In this document: positions 38,482-48,803 of the stretch, piece by piece
How positions within the stretch are numbered: the stretch's first letter is position 1
Layout: every line of letters starts with the position of its first letter
Source: a virus
Length of the DNA stretch: 64,000 bases
IMG/VR virus record: IMGVR_UViG_3300042863_001519
Location: 30,805-94,804 of that record
Strand: one strand, 5' to 3'
The notes under the pieces: generated by a model
The model's input: only the letters and a program-made list of their open reading frames with translations
Database searches by the model: none
What the model was told of the DNA's origin: nothing
Translations under genes and position numbers: made by a program

Positions 38482-39170
38482 TGAAATTTGAACTTTTTTG
38501 TCCGGTGTATAATGAAGAATACATGTTACCTTATATGGTTAATTGGTATAAACATAAAGTAGGTGAACACAATATAGTGTTTAATATCTATGACAATGGT
38601 TCTACTGATAATACTGTCCAAATAGCAAAAGACTTAGGTTGCAATGTAGGTGTGTTTGAAACTGGGGGACAGGTAAGAGATGACCTATTAATGGACTGGA
38701 AAAACTCTATCTGGAAAGACTCTAAAGCTGATTTTGTTATTGTATGTGACTGTGATGAGTTTGTAGATATATGTGTAGAGCAACTTAATGGATATACTCT
38801 TCTACCAACTATTGGGTATAATATGGTTGGTATACTTGGAGAAAATCCCGATATTATAGTTGATGGGGTACCATCTGAAGATATGAATAAAGTTTGTGTA
38901 TTTAATCCTGAAGCAATAAAAAACATAAATTATGTACACGGAGCTCACGTATGTAATCCAAAAGGAGAAATAAAAAAAGCTTCTCCTGTAGGATTATACC
39001 ATATGAAGTTTATATCTGAACAATATATAGTTGATAAATATAAAAGCAGTCAAAAAAGATTAAGTGATATTAATAAAAAACATGGATGGGGGTTTCAGTA
39101 TGAGATGGAAGAAGCTGCAATAAGAGTAATGTATGGACACATGGTAAATGCCAAAAAAAGAATAAGATAA
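38481..39170 (+). CDS. GT2-like glycosyltransferase
   Basis: PVYNEE, IYDNGSTDNT, VIVCDCDEF (DxD), GAH. Confidence 0.85.
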   Translation: MKFELFCPVYNEEYMLPYMVNWYKHKVGEHNIVFNIYDNGSTDNTVQIAKDLGCNVGVFETGGQVRDDLLMDWKNSIWKDSKADFVIVCDCDEFVDICVEQLNGYTLLPTIGYNMVGILGENPDIIVDGVPSEDMNKVCVFNPEAIKNINYVHGAHVCNPKGEIKKASPVGLYHMKFISEQYIVDKYKSSQKRLSDINKKHGWGFQYEMEEAAIRVMYGHMVNAKKRIR

Positions 39171-39240
39171 AAAAACTATAAAAAGAGAAAATTCAGTTAG
39201 GTAATCTTATTAATAAATGTAAACAAGAACTAAGTAAAAT

Positions 39241-39915
39241 ATGAAACTAATAAACGGTACCTCTTTTTTTATATCTCTGGAAGATCCTGCAATAAATGCT
39301 CATTTTAATGATGCTAAAAATTACACTAAAGAAATATTACACCAATTTGACACAGATTACTATATTCCTTTTTTAGATAAAGAAGATCGGATAGTTTTGG
39401 ACATTGGTGCTAATATTGGACTATTTACCTTACATGTACTTCCTTTTGTAGAAAAAATATATAGTATTGAACCAACCACTACTCATTTTAATATATTACA
39501 AAAGTTGACTGCTTTCTCTGACAAAGTTGTACTTTTTAATAAGGCTTTGTCTAATACAGAAGATGATGTTACTTTTTACATAACAGATAGTAACACTACT
39601 ATGAACTCTCTGTTACCGACCAGTAATACTTTTATCACTGTAAAAGCATGCACTTTAAAATCTTTAGTGGGGCTAATAGGTGTTACAGTAGATTTTTGCA
39701 AAATAGATATAGAGGGTAGTGAAAGCATTGCTTTGACTGAATTAGAAATAGCTTCTGTAGCAGACAGAGTTAAAAAGTTTTTTGTGGAATTTCATGCGGT
39801 AAATGGTATAGATTTTGATACTATTAGAAAATCGTTTATACCTATTTTTGAAAAATATGGATACACGGTACAATTATATGCAGCAGATTCTTTATTTTGT
39901 AAAAAGCGTTTATGA
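39241..39915 (+). CDS. FkbM-family SAM methyltransferase
   Basis: VLDIGANIG, SIEP, KIDIEGSE, VEFH. Confidence 0.9.
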   Translation: MKLINGTSFFISLEDPAINAHFNDAKNYTKEILHQFDTDYYIPFLDKEDRIVLDIGANIGLFTLHVLPFVEKIYSIEPTTTHFNILQKLTAFSDKVVLFNKALSNTEDDVTFYITDSNTTMNSLLPTSNTFITVKACTLKSLVGLIGVTVDFCKIDIEGSESIALTELEIASVADRVKKFFVEFHAVNGIDFDTIRKSFIPIFEKYGYTVQLYAADSLFCKKRL

Positions 39916-40592
39916 TAATATATTCTTTATGGATAGCCGGAAAGTTATCCCCTCTTAACAATCTTTGTATAAAGTCTTTTCAAGAACAAGGACATGAAAT
40001 TATTATCTACTCTTTTGATGATAGTATAGATCCTGGTTGTGAGGTAAGAGATGCTGCAAGAATATTACCAAAAGATGAAGTATATTATTATAAGCATCTG
40101 GGAGAGAATTTTAAATTTGGAGGTATTGCTGAAAGATTAAAAGCAGAAATGCTTTATAATTTAGGAGGATGGCATGTAGATTTAGATGTAGTCTGTCTAA
40201 GTAATTTTCAAGATATAAGTAGTGAGTATGTATTAAGACCTCATTCTACTGGAGTAGTTGGAAATATTATAAAAGCTCCTGCTTTTAGTAAATTAGCAGG
40301 TAAATATGTATCATGGACAAGAGAGATAACTTCAGAAAATAGAGATTGGGAAAAAAGTTTTAGAGGCTTAACATTTGCTGTAAATGATTTAGGTCTTCAA
40401 CAGTATATAGTAGATTCTAGTATTTTTGGAACAGATGATTCTTCATTTTGGATGCCTTTTTTAAATACTACAGATACTATACCTAATGTTGAATGTAAAG
40501 CCATACATTTTTGCGGAGCTATGAAATATTATGAAAATTATGTAAAAGGTTCTTTTTATGAACAGTTGTTACAGAAATACAAATTAATATGA
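39912..40592 (+). CDS. DXD sugar-binding (GT32-like) glycosyltransferase
   Basis: SLWI...CIKSF...GHE...DA..ILP, LYNLGGWHVDLD. Confidence 0.8.
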   Translation: MIIYSLWIAGKLSPLNNLCIKSFQEQGHEIIIYSFDDSIDPGCEVRDAARILPKDEVYYYKHLGENFKFGGIAERLKAEMLYNLGGWHVDLDVVCLSNFQDISSEYVLRPHSTGVVGNIIKAPAFSKLAGKYVSWTREITSENRDWEKSFRGLTFAVNDLGLQQYIVDSSIFGTDDSSFWMPFLNTTDTIPNVECKAIHFCGAMKYYENYVKGSFYEQLLQKYKLI

Positions 40593-42910
40593 GCATTCTA
40601 TATAGAAACATACCGACAAGAGAAGAAGATGGTAGCTGGGGATATACTCAGTTTGAGACTAAAGAAGAGTTTAGAGAGTTTGTAAAAGGTCTGTTTAAAG
40701 TTCCTGGTAAATATGACTTTGATAAGGTAGCAATTGAGGAGTTTAGTAAACATGCCAGAACCTTTATGACAAAAGGTATGTTCTCTGATGCTCCAAGAAT
40801 GTCAAGAGATTACATAGACTATTGGGATACTGAAAGAGAGAAGTGTAGGAAAGGTGTTATTATAAAAGGTAGCCGGGGCCAGGTATGGTATCTTCCAAGG
40901 TTTCTATACCACTGGCTGAACTTTTTACAGATATACAATACAGTACATACAAAATTTGAGTTTCCTGGCCTCAGAGATGTACAATACCACATGGCTCTCT
41001 ATGAGATATTAGCAGAACTACATGGAATGAATGTTGCTATAGTTAAGAAGAGGCAGATGGCTTCTTCTTATTTTCATATAGCCAAGCTCTACAACAAGTA
41101 CATCTTTGAGGAAGGTTTTGTTGCTAAGATAGGTGCATCTGATAAGAAGTACATAGATGCTACCAACGGTTGCTGGAAGTTCCTTACCCAGTACCACAAC
41201 TTTACTAATAAGCATACAGCATGGGCATGTGGTAACTTTCCTGATAAAGTATTCTCATGGCAACAAAAGGTTGAGACCAAAACACCAGATGGTAGAAAAG
41301 TAGAGATTGGTACTATGGCAACTATTGCCGGCATCTCTTTTGATAAAGATCCTGTATCTGGTGTAGGTGGTGCCTGTAACGAAATGTTTTATGAAGAAGG
41401 TGGTGTTGCACCAACTGCAGATATTACATACGGTTACATGAAATCGGCAATGAGACAAGGTACAGTTGTAACCGGTGTATTTACAATAGCCGGATCAGTA
41501 GGTGACCTTTCTCAATGTGAACCTCTTAAAAACTTTATACTTGAACCTGAGAGCAATGGTTTTTATCCAGTAGAAAGTAATCTTTTAGACGATAAAGGCT
41601 CTACTGGTACCACAGCCCTTTTCATTCCTGAACAATGGAGTCTAACAGGTGAAGGAGAAACAAACTTTACAGATGAGTTTGGTAACTCTAAAGTAGAAGA
41701 AGCTCTTGTATACCTAGACAAAGAGTTTGAGAGGATGAGAAGAACAATGAGCGAGGAGAAATACCAGCTTGAAGTTTCTCAGAGACCAAGAAACATTGCA
41801 GAAGCATTTGCAATGAGGTCACTTTCCATTTTTCCAGTACAGCATACAGTTAGTCAACTAAGACGTATTGAAGAAAATGAATACGCAATGGAATACGTTG
41901 ATCTCATTCGAAACACAAAGAATGAGATAGAAGCAGTCCCATCTAACAGGAGACCTATCAATGAGTTCCCCCTTCCAATGAAAACTGCCGACAAGAAAAG
42001 CATTGTTTGTATTCATGAACATCCCATAAAGAATGCACCACACGGTACATACGTATGTGCAATTGACCCAGTAGAGGTTGGTAAGACAACAACTTCTGCA
42101 TCATTAGCATCTATTGTATTATACAAAATGGATGTCGAAGTTATTAATGAAGAGGTGTTTCACAAAGCTCCAGCTCCAGGTAAAGAAGGTGTAGAACTTG
42201 AGTGGGGTCCAATTAGCAAAAAGAAACAAGAACAAGAAAAGACTGATGTAAAAGTTACTAGTCATATAGAAGGTGGAAAGATAGTAGCATTTTGGTGCGG
42301 AAGGTTTGATGACCCAAATGAGACCAATGAATACATATCAAGATTGATTGAATATTATAATGCCCGGGCATTGTGTGAAAACAACAAACCTGGCTTTATT
42401 AATTACATGCGTTCAAAGAAACGTCAAAAGTATCTGGTATTCAAAGATGAGATGATTTTTGATAAAGAGCTTGATGTTAAACTTAGTGGTAATGAACGCT
42501 ATGGTATTACAATGACTCCTCGACTTTGGAAAGTTCTTTTGGAATACGCAATCAATTCTTTGTCAGAAGTAATGCATGAAGAAAAAGATCAGGAAGGAAA
42601 TATTACACATATTCACTATGGTGTAGAAAGAATAACTGACCCAATGATTTTAAAGGAGATGCAAATTTATCAACATGGCATGAATGCTGACCGATTGATT
42701 TCTTATGCACTACTTATGGCTTTTGTAAAGATACTTCAGGCTGCAGGTAGAATGAGAAAGAAAATTGAAAGGTCAAATGATAAATTGGAAAATCCATCAA
42801 AATTTGTTACATTTAAAGGGGGAGATAGACCGTTATTTCAAAATATTGGTAGGTCCGGTAATGGAAATATGATGAGGGCAAACAGAAACCCATTCAAAAA
42901 TATTAGATAA
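40589..42910 (+). CDS. terL: terminase large subunit
   Basis: KKRQMASS Walker-A-like, FYEEGG Walker B, AIDP nuclease Asp, CENN, NADR. Confidence 0.9.
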   Translation: MSILYRNIPTREEDGSWGYTQFETKEEFREFVKGLFKVPGKYDFDKVAIEEFSKHARTFMTKGMFSDAPRMSRDYIDYWDTEREKCRKGVIIKGSRGQVWYLPRFLYHWLNFLQIYNTVHTKFEFPGLRDVQYHMALYEILAELHGMNVAIVKKRQMASSYFHIAKLYNKYIFEEGFVAKIGASDKKYIDATNGCWKFLTQYHNFTNKHTAWACGNFPDKVFSWQQKVETKTPDGRKVEIGTMATIAGISFDKDPVSGVGGACNEMFYEEGGVAPTADITYGYMKSAMRQGTVVTGVFTIAGSVGDLSQCEPLKNFILEPESNGFYPVESNLLDDKGSTGTTALFIPEQWSLTGEGETNFTDEFGNSKVEEALVYLDKEFERMRRTMSEEKYQLEVSQRPRNIAEAFAMRSLSIFPVQHTVSQLRRIEENEYAMEYVDLIRNTKNEIEAVPSNRRPINEFPLPMKTADKKSIVCIHEHPIKNAPHGTYVCAIDPVEVGKTTTSASLASIVLYKMDVEVINEEVFHKAPAPGKEGVELEWGPISKKKQEQEKTDVKVTSHIEGGKIVAFWCGRFDDPNETNEYISRLIEYYNARALCENNKPGFINYMRSKKRQKYLVFKDEMIFDKELDVKLSGNERYGITMTPRLWKVLLEYAINSLSEVMHEEKDQEGNITHIHYGVERITDPMILKEMQIYQHGMNADRLISYALLMAFVKILQAAGRMRKKIERSNDKLENPSKFVTFKGGDRPLFQNIGRSGNGNMMRANRNPFKNIR

Positions 42911-42927
42911 GATAAAGATATTATTAT

Positions 42928-45672
42928 ATGGCAGTATTAAATAGTATTCAGTTAAAAGCTGGAGCAAAGGTTGAACCACTTTATGGTAAAACACTTGGTG
43001 GTATATACCAACCTTACCAGATGTTGCCAATGAAGGAGAAGGATCCACAATGGACGGCACAGTGCATGGACTACATTGAGTGGACTGGTATGAGACAGCT
43101 TAAACGAGTTTCGGGCAAGCTGCTCAAAAACTACAAGTTGGCTAACTCACAAATTGAGAAAAGTGATTATATTATAGCAGAGAGTGATTACAGTGAGGTG
43201 ATTGAACCATTAATCCAAGAAGATGTTTCTGCCCTTGAGTTAAAGTTTTATCCAATTATTCCTACAATTGTTGATGTACTAACTAATGAGTTTTCAAAAA
43301 GGTATTCTCGTATCACTTTCGAAATGAGAGATGAACAGAGTGCTAATGAAATGCTTGAGCAAAAATACAAAGATGTTGAAGAAGTTCTTTTACAAAAAGC
43401 TACAATAAAGCAACAGTTTGCTTTACAGCAGATGGGAATGGATCCAGAATCAGAGGAAGCTCAACAAATGATGAATCCTCAAACAATTAAAAGTTTACCA
43501 GAGATTCAGAAGTTTTATGCAAAAGATTATCGTTCAATGTATGCTGAATGGGCAGAGCACCAAATGGCAGTTGACAATGACAGATTTTCAATGCAAGAAT
43601 TGGAACGTCAGAATTTTAGAAACTCATTAATTACTGACAGGGAGTACTGGCATTTTGTAATGGGAGAAGATGACTATGTTGTAGAAACATGGAATCCTAC
43701 CCAAGTATTTTATCGTAAATCTCCCAATGTCAGATACATATCAGATGCTGCATGGGTTGGTATGATTACTTTGATGACAGTACCAGAGGTGATTGATAAG
43801 TACGGTTGGATGATGAGTCAGGATCAAATGGAGACACTGAACTCACTTTATCCTGTACGAGGTGCAATGTACACTCAGACTGGTCTGGGTAATGAGAGTG
43901 GTGCTTTCTACGATCCTACTATGTCTTATGAATGGAATACTCAGGGCCCGGGTGTGGGCATGAGACAGTTTATGAGTGCATACAATACCCATAAAAGCAA
44001 TGGTGATATTATACGTTGGATACTTGATGAGAATGAGGATCTTCAGGATACTGACTCAGCATACCTTGTAAGGGTAGCTACTATTTATTGGAAGACACAA
44101 AGAATGATGGGTCATCTTACTAAAATAGATGAGACAGGTAATGTAATACAGGAAATTGTAGATGAGAGTTATAAAACAACCGATAAACCATTGTATAACA
44201 CAGTGGTGTTTAAAGAGAAGAGCAAGGATAACCTGATTTTTGGTGAGCACATAGATTGGTTCTGGATGAATGAATCGTGGGGTGGTTACAAAATAGGTCC
44301 AAACATTCCTGGTTTTATTGGTATGAATAACCCTTCTGGTTTTGCACCAATGTACGTTGGTATGACTGGTGGTATTCCAGGCAGGATCAAATATCAGTTT
44401 AAAGGAACAAAAACTACTTGGGGCTGTAAGTTGCCAGTAGAAGGTAGAATTTTTAATGACTACAACACTCAAAGTAAATCACTAGTAGACCGACTAAAAC
44501 CGTATCAGGTAGGTTACAACATGGTACTGAACCAGATACAGGATATCCAAATAGATGAGCTGGGTACCATTATTGTATTTGACCAAAGGACACTTCCAAA
44601 GAACTCAATGGGTGAAGATTGGGGTGAGAACAATATCCAGAAAGCATATCTGGCAGCTAAGAACTTCTCAATGATTCCAATAGATACGTCTATTCTGAAT
44701 ACAGAAACTGCTATACAGCAGATGCCTTTCCAGAAAATAGATATGAGTCAGCATGAGAGAATTATGTCTAAGATTAGACAAGCTCAGTGGATTAAGGAAG
44801 AAGCATTGTCGTCTATTGGTTTGAATCCTCAACGTATGGGCACACCAATTGAGCAAACACAAACTGCTACTGGCATAGAGCAAGCTATTGCTGCATCATA
44901 TGCTCAAACAGAACAGTACTTTATTCAACACTCAGATGAATTAATGCCACGAGTTCATCAGATGAGAACTGACTTAGCACAGTTCTATCAATCAACAAAT
45001 CCTTCTATACGTCTGCAATATGTTACTAAAGAAGATGAGAAGGTAATGTTTATGCTTAATGGAGAAGAATTAATTGGTAGAGATATTAATGTTACCTGTC
45101 ATACAAGAGTTGGTATGCGTAATATCCTTGAGAACATTAAGCAGATGATGCTTAAAGATAATACTACAGGTAGCACTCTTTGGGACAGAATCAGAACCAT
45201 CAAAGCTGATGATATGGTTGATCTTGAGAATGGTTTAAAAGCAATGGAAAACCGTTACGAAAAAGAGCAAGCAGAAAAATCACAACAGGAACAGCAAGCA
45301 CAGCAAGCTGAACAAGAGCATCAGGCACAAATGCAACAACAAGCACAACAGTATGAAGCTGAACAAAAACAACTGGACAGAGATGCTCGTATACAAGAAG
45401 CACAAATTAGAGCTGCTGGTTTTTCAGGTGCAGTGGATATTGATGACAATAAACAAAATGATTATATGGATAATCTAAAGTTTATACAAGGTCAATCAGA
45501 ACATTCAGATAAAATGAATCTTGAAAAAGATAAGTATCTGGTTAACACCAGATTAAAAGAAAACGAACAACAAATACAACTTAGAAAACTTGAGGAACAG
45601 GCAAAACGTACTAATGCAATGACCCAAGTTGCTAAGATTAACAACAAAGTTAAAGAGAAAAACAAGAAATAG
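42928..45672 (+). CDS. portal protein
   Basis: 914 aa after terL; KFYPIIP, SLVDRLKPYQ, Q-rich coiled-coil C-terminus; crAss-like gene order. Confidence 0.85.
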   Translation: MAVLNSIQLKAGAKVEPLYGKTLGGIYQPYQMLPMKEKDPQWTAQCMDYIEWTGMRQLKRVSGKLLKNYKLANSQIEKSDYIIAESDYSEVIEPLIQEDVSALELKFYPIIPTIVDVLTNEFSKRYSRITFEMRDEQSANEMLEQKYKDVEEVLLQKATIKQQFALQQMGMDPESEEAQQMMNPQTIKSLPEIQKFYAKDYRSMYAEWAEHQMAVDNDRFSMQELERQNFRNSLITDREYWHFVMGEDDYVVETWNPTQVFYRKSPNVRYISDAAWVGMITLMTVPEVIDKYGWMMSQDQMETLNSLYPVRGAMYTQTGLGNESGAFYDPTMSYEWNTQGPGVGMRQFMSAYNTHKSNGDIIRWILDENEDLQDTDSAYLVRVATIYWKTQRMMGHLTKIDETGNVIQEIVDESYKTTDKPLYNTVVFKEKSKDNLIFGEHIDWFWMNESWGGYKIGPNIPGFIGMNNPSGFAPMYVGMTGGIPGRIKYQFKGTKTTWGCKLPVEGRIFNDYNTQSKSLVDRLKPYQVGYNMVLNQIQDIQIDELGTIIVFDQRTLPKNSMGEDWGENNIQKAYLAAKNFSMIPIDTSILNTETAIQQMPFQKIDMSQHERIMSKIRQAQWIKEEALSSIGLNPQRMGTPIEQTQTATGIEQAIAASYAQTEQYFIQHSDELMPRVHQMRTDLAQFYQSTNPSIRLQYVTKEDEKVMFMLNGEELIGRDINVTCHTRVGMRNILENIKQMMLKDNTTGSTLWDRIRTIKADDMVDLENGLKAMENRYEKEQAEKSQQEQQAQQAEQEHQAQMQQQAQQYEAEQKQLDRDARIQEAQIRAAGFSGAVDIDDNKQNDYMDNLKFIQGQSEHSDKMNLEKDKYLVNTRLKENEQQIQLRKLEEQAKRTNAMTQVAKINNKVKEKNKK

Positions 45673-45756
45673 CTAAGAGTGCCTTTTTCTAAACATAGAA
45701 TGTTTTTTCTTTGCCTTAATGGTGTATATTAATAATGAACCAACAAACAAATATAA

Positions 45757-47019
45757 ATGCAAACAGTAGTAACTAATGAGACTGTAGATCTCGATAAGTT
45801 GTTTCCGGGTATAGATACATCAGATGTACTTACATCCAAAGTGCCAAATATCCTGAGTAATGATACTGACATGTCATTTTTAGATAAACCAGCTTTAACA
45901 AAAGAAAATGAATCTAATACAGATTCAAATTCTGAAAATGAAACTGCTAAAGTAAAACCAATTGTCAATGAAACAGAAGCTAACAAGATTCTGGATTTGA
46001 TAGGCAAAGAAGATGATGAAGATGAGGATGGTCAGGGTTATACAAATGCAGGTACAGGAAGACCAAAATCAGATAAGAATGCTTTGGCAGGATATCTGAA
46101 ACAAAAAATAGAGGCAGGTGATTTTTCTGCTTTTGAAGATTGGGATGAAAAGAAACAAACTCTTGATGAGTATCTTTCAAAACAACCTGAGAAAGTATTA
46201 CATCAAATGCTTGATGCAAACTGGGAGTCTAAGGAGAGAGATCTTCTTGAGCGTACTCCAAAAGAGTTCTTTGAAGCGTTACCTGAAGAGTTGCAATATG
46301 CTGCAAGGTATGCAATGGAAGGTGGACAGGATATGAAAAGTCTGTTTGCTGCACTTGCCCGGGTTGAACAGGTAAGAGAGTTAGATCCTGAAGATGAAGA
46401 TGGTCAAGTTATTATAGCCAGAAATTATCTACAGGCAACAAACTTTGGTACATCTGATGAGATTGAGGATGAAATATCTAACTGGAAAGAAAACAATCGT
46501 CTTGAGAAAAAAGCTAAAGACTTTAAACCAAAGTTAGATCTAATGCAGAAACAGCAGGTTGAATATCAACTTGCACAACAAGCAGAGTTTAACAATCAAC
46601 AAAGACAAGCTGCTCAGACGTATGTAGCAAATGTTGGACAAGCTCTTCAAAAAGGTGACTTAAATGGTTTGAAGCTTGATAGAAAAACACAAGCTATGTT
46701 GTATGAAGGTTTAACCAATGTTGCCTACCCAAGTGCATCGGGCAAAGCAACAAACCTTTTGGGACATATGTTAGACCGTATCCAGTATGTTGAACCAAAC
46801 TTTGAATTACTTGCAGAAGTAACTTATATGCTAAGTGATCCGGAAGGATATAGAAACAGTATAAGACAACAAGGTAAAAATGTTGCAGTGAATGAAACAG
46901 TAAAAAAGTTAAAAACAGAACAGTTACAAAACAATGGTACTTATAGTGTTGATGATGTTGAGGAAAATAAATCAACTAAGAAAAAACTCTTTAAGCCAAA
47001 AAACATGTTTGAGAAGTAA
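45757..47019 (+). CDS. acidic capsid-assembly/scaffold-like protein
   Basis: Acidic helical protein between portal and capsid genes. Confidence 0.6.
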   Translation: MQTVVTNETVDLDKLFPGIDTSDVLTSKVPNILSNDTDMSFLDKPALTKENESNTDSNSENETAKVKPIVNETEANKILDLIGKEDDEDEDGQGYTNAGTGRPKSDKNALAGYLKQKIEAGDFSAFEDWDEKKQTLDEYLSKQPEKVLHQMLDANWESKERDLLERTPKEFFEALPEELQYAARYAMEGGQDMKSLFAALARVEQVRELDPEDEDGQVIIARNYLQATNFGTSDEIEDEISNWKENNRLEKKAKDFKPKLDLMQKQQVEYQLAQQAEFNNQQRQAAQTYVANVGQALQKGDLNGLKLDRKTQAMLYEGLTNVAYPSASGKATNLLGHMLDRIQYVEPNFELLAEVTYMLSDPEGYRNSIRQQGKNVAVNETVKKLKTEQLQNNGTYSVDDVEENKSTKKKLFKPKNMFEK

Positions 47020-47056
47020 ACAATTTTCGTAAACAATAAACAATAAATAAACAGCA

Positions 47057-48679
47057 ATGGCTACTCCAGTTTTAAACAATGGTATCGCACTTCGTGATAA
47101 CGTGTATGAGATAGGTTCAAATTATGATTCCTATCACCTGTACAATATGATGAAGGATGCGAAACCTACCGATCTAGGTCCCATCGAATTTTGGGCAAAC
47201 ACACAGGTTGCACAGATGCCCCTGTACGCATTCTCTAATTTTGGTAAAGGTAATACCATTGATGTAGATGATCCTCGTGGTCGTTATACATGGCAGACAC
47301 CAGTTGCCAATGACCTTCCTCAGATCACTCGTGATATTGATCCTTCTGATGGCAAGAAAGGTATTGCAGAGAAATCATTCCGTATTGTATTAAACCGTAG
47401 GGAATATGGTCATACTGCAGTTCTGACTTTTGATAAATACCGTGGTTTGGAGTTTCGTGTAACGGAAGACCCAATCATCTCTATGGGTAACAACGAGTTT
47501 GTTTACACATGTAAACTGATTAACAACAACACTGCTGCTTACCTTGATAACAAATACCTTGTTCCTGGTACCAAAGTATTCCGTGTAACTTCAGGTCGTG
47601 GTGAATATGGTGAGCGTTGGGATGACGTTGTTTCTCGTGCTGGCTACAGGGAGTTTTATAACATCCTTGGTAATGCAGAAGCGAATGCTTCTTACCACAT
47701 TACTCAGAGAGCTGATGCTATGATGAGAAATGGTCAGAACACAGGTGGTATTCCTGTAACTGAGATATGGAAAGTTAACGATCCATCTCTTCGTGCTGAT
47801 CCATCACTTCGTACTTTGGAAGACATCTCAACACGTCTGGGCCAAGTAGGTATGTTGAAAGCAATGAAAGAAGGTCAGATTAGCAAAGCGTTTATCACTG
47901 AGATAGAGCGTCAAGCAATCAAAAAAGTAACAACAGACCTTGAGACTTACTTGATGTGGGGTAAAGGTGGTCGTGTTCAGCAGGATGGTCCAGATGATCT
48001 GAGATTCTCTACAGGTCTGTGGATACAGTCTGACAACGGTTACAAGAAAGTGTACAACATTGGTACTTTCAGTACTGACATGTTCAACTCTGAAATTTAC
48101 AACTACTACATTGGTAAAGTAAACTTTGAGGGTCCTGATCCTAAGCGTAAGCTGATAGTTCAGACTGGTCTTGCAGGTATGCAGCAGATGAACAAAGCTA
48201 TTCAGCAGTTTGCTATCAACTCTGGTCTGGTACAGAATGCACACGAACTTGGTGCTATCAAAGGTGAAGCTCTTGACCTTGATTTTGGTTATGCGTTCAC
48301 TTCATACACTATACCATTCTTAGCAAACCTGAAGTTTGTTATTAACCCTGCGTTTGATAATGTAGAAGCTAACGAGATTGAGAATCCAATCATCAATGGT
48401 TTCCGTCTGTCTTCATACTCTTACATCATCTTTGACGTAACAGATCGTGGTACAGATAACATCAAAATGCTTCGTGACAAACATGACCACGAGTTCCATT
48501 GGATGTATCAAAATGGTACAGCGGATTACATGGGCCGTACAAAAGGCTTCCAGTCTTCAAGTGACTTCAATGGTTACAAAGTGAAGATGTTCCAAAAGCA
48601 AGGTGCTTTGGTTGTAATGGATCCTACAAGGTTGCTGAAGATAGTTGCCAAGAATCCTATAACAGGGTATTCACTTTAA
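47057..48679 (+). CDS. major capsid protein
   Basis: 540 aa, MATPVLNNG start, LMWGKGG...GLW.Q, strong codon bias, followed by a terminator. Confidence 0.88.
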   Translation: MATPVLNNGIALRDNVYEIGSNYDSYHLYNMMKDAKPTDLGPIEFWANTQVAQMPLYAFSNFGKGNTIDVDDPRGRYTWQTPVANDLPQITRDIDPSDGKKGIAEKSFRIVLNRREYGHTAVLTFDKYRGLEFRVTEDPIISMGNNEFVYTCKLINNNTAAYLDNKYLVPGTKVFRVTSGRGEYGERWDDVVSRAGYREFYNILGNAEANASYHITQRADAMMRNGQNTGGIPVTEIWKVNDPSLRADPSLRTLEDISTRLGQVGMLKAMKEGQISKAFITEIERQAIKKVTTDLETYLMWGKGGRVQQDGPDDLRFSTGLWIQSDNGYKKVYNIGTFSTDMFNSEIYNYYIGKVNFEGPDPKRKLIVQTGLAGMQQMNKAIQQFAINSGLVQNAHELGAIKGEALDLDFGYAFTSYTIPFLANLKFVINPAFDNVEANEIENPIINGFRLSSYSYIIFDVTDRGTDNIKMLRDKHDHEFHWMYQNGTADYMGRTKGFQSSSDFNGYKVKMFQKQGALVVMDPTRLLKIVAKNPITGYSL

Positions 48680-48705
48680 TGCAACCAGTTACAGAATATA
48701 TACAA

Positions 48706-48736
48706 GATGGTGTGGTTTTCGAATCACACCATTTTT
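48706..48736 (+). terminator. intrinsic terminator after the capsid gene
   Basis: GATGGTGTGGTT-TTCG-AATCACACCATT then T-tract. Confidence 0.8.
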
Positions 48737-48803
48737 GTTTTATAATATTTTGAAAAGTCGTACATTTGTCGTACATTTAAAATGAACCAACAAAAAAAGC
48801 AAA

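Noticed and set aside
42120-42270. Insertion in the terminase nuclease domain as a possible intein
   Set aside because: Short charged loop without C1, TxxH or HN motifs.
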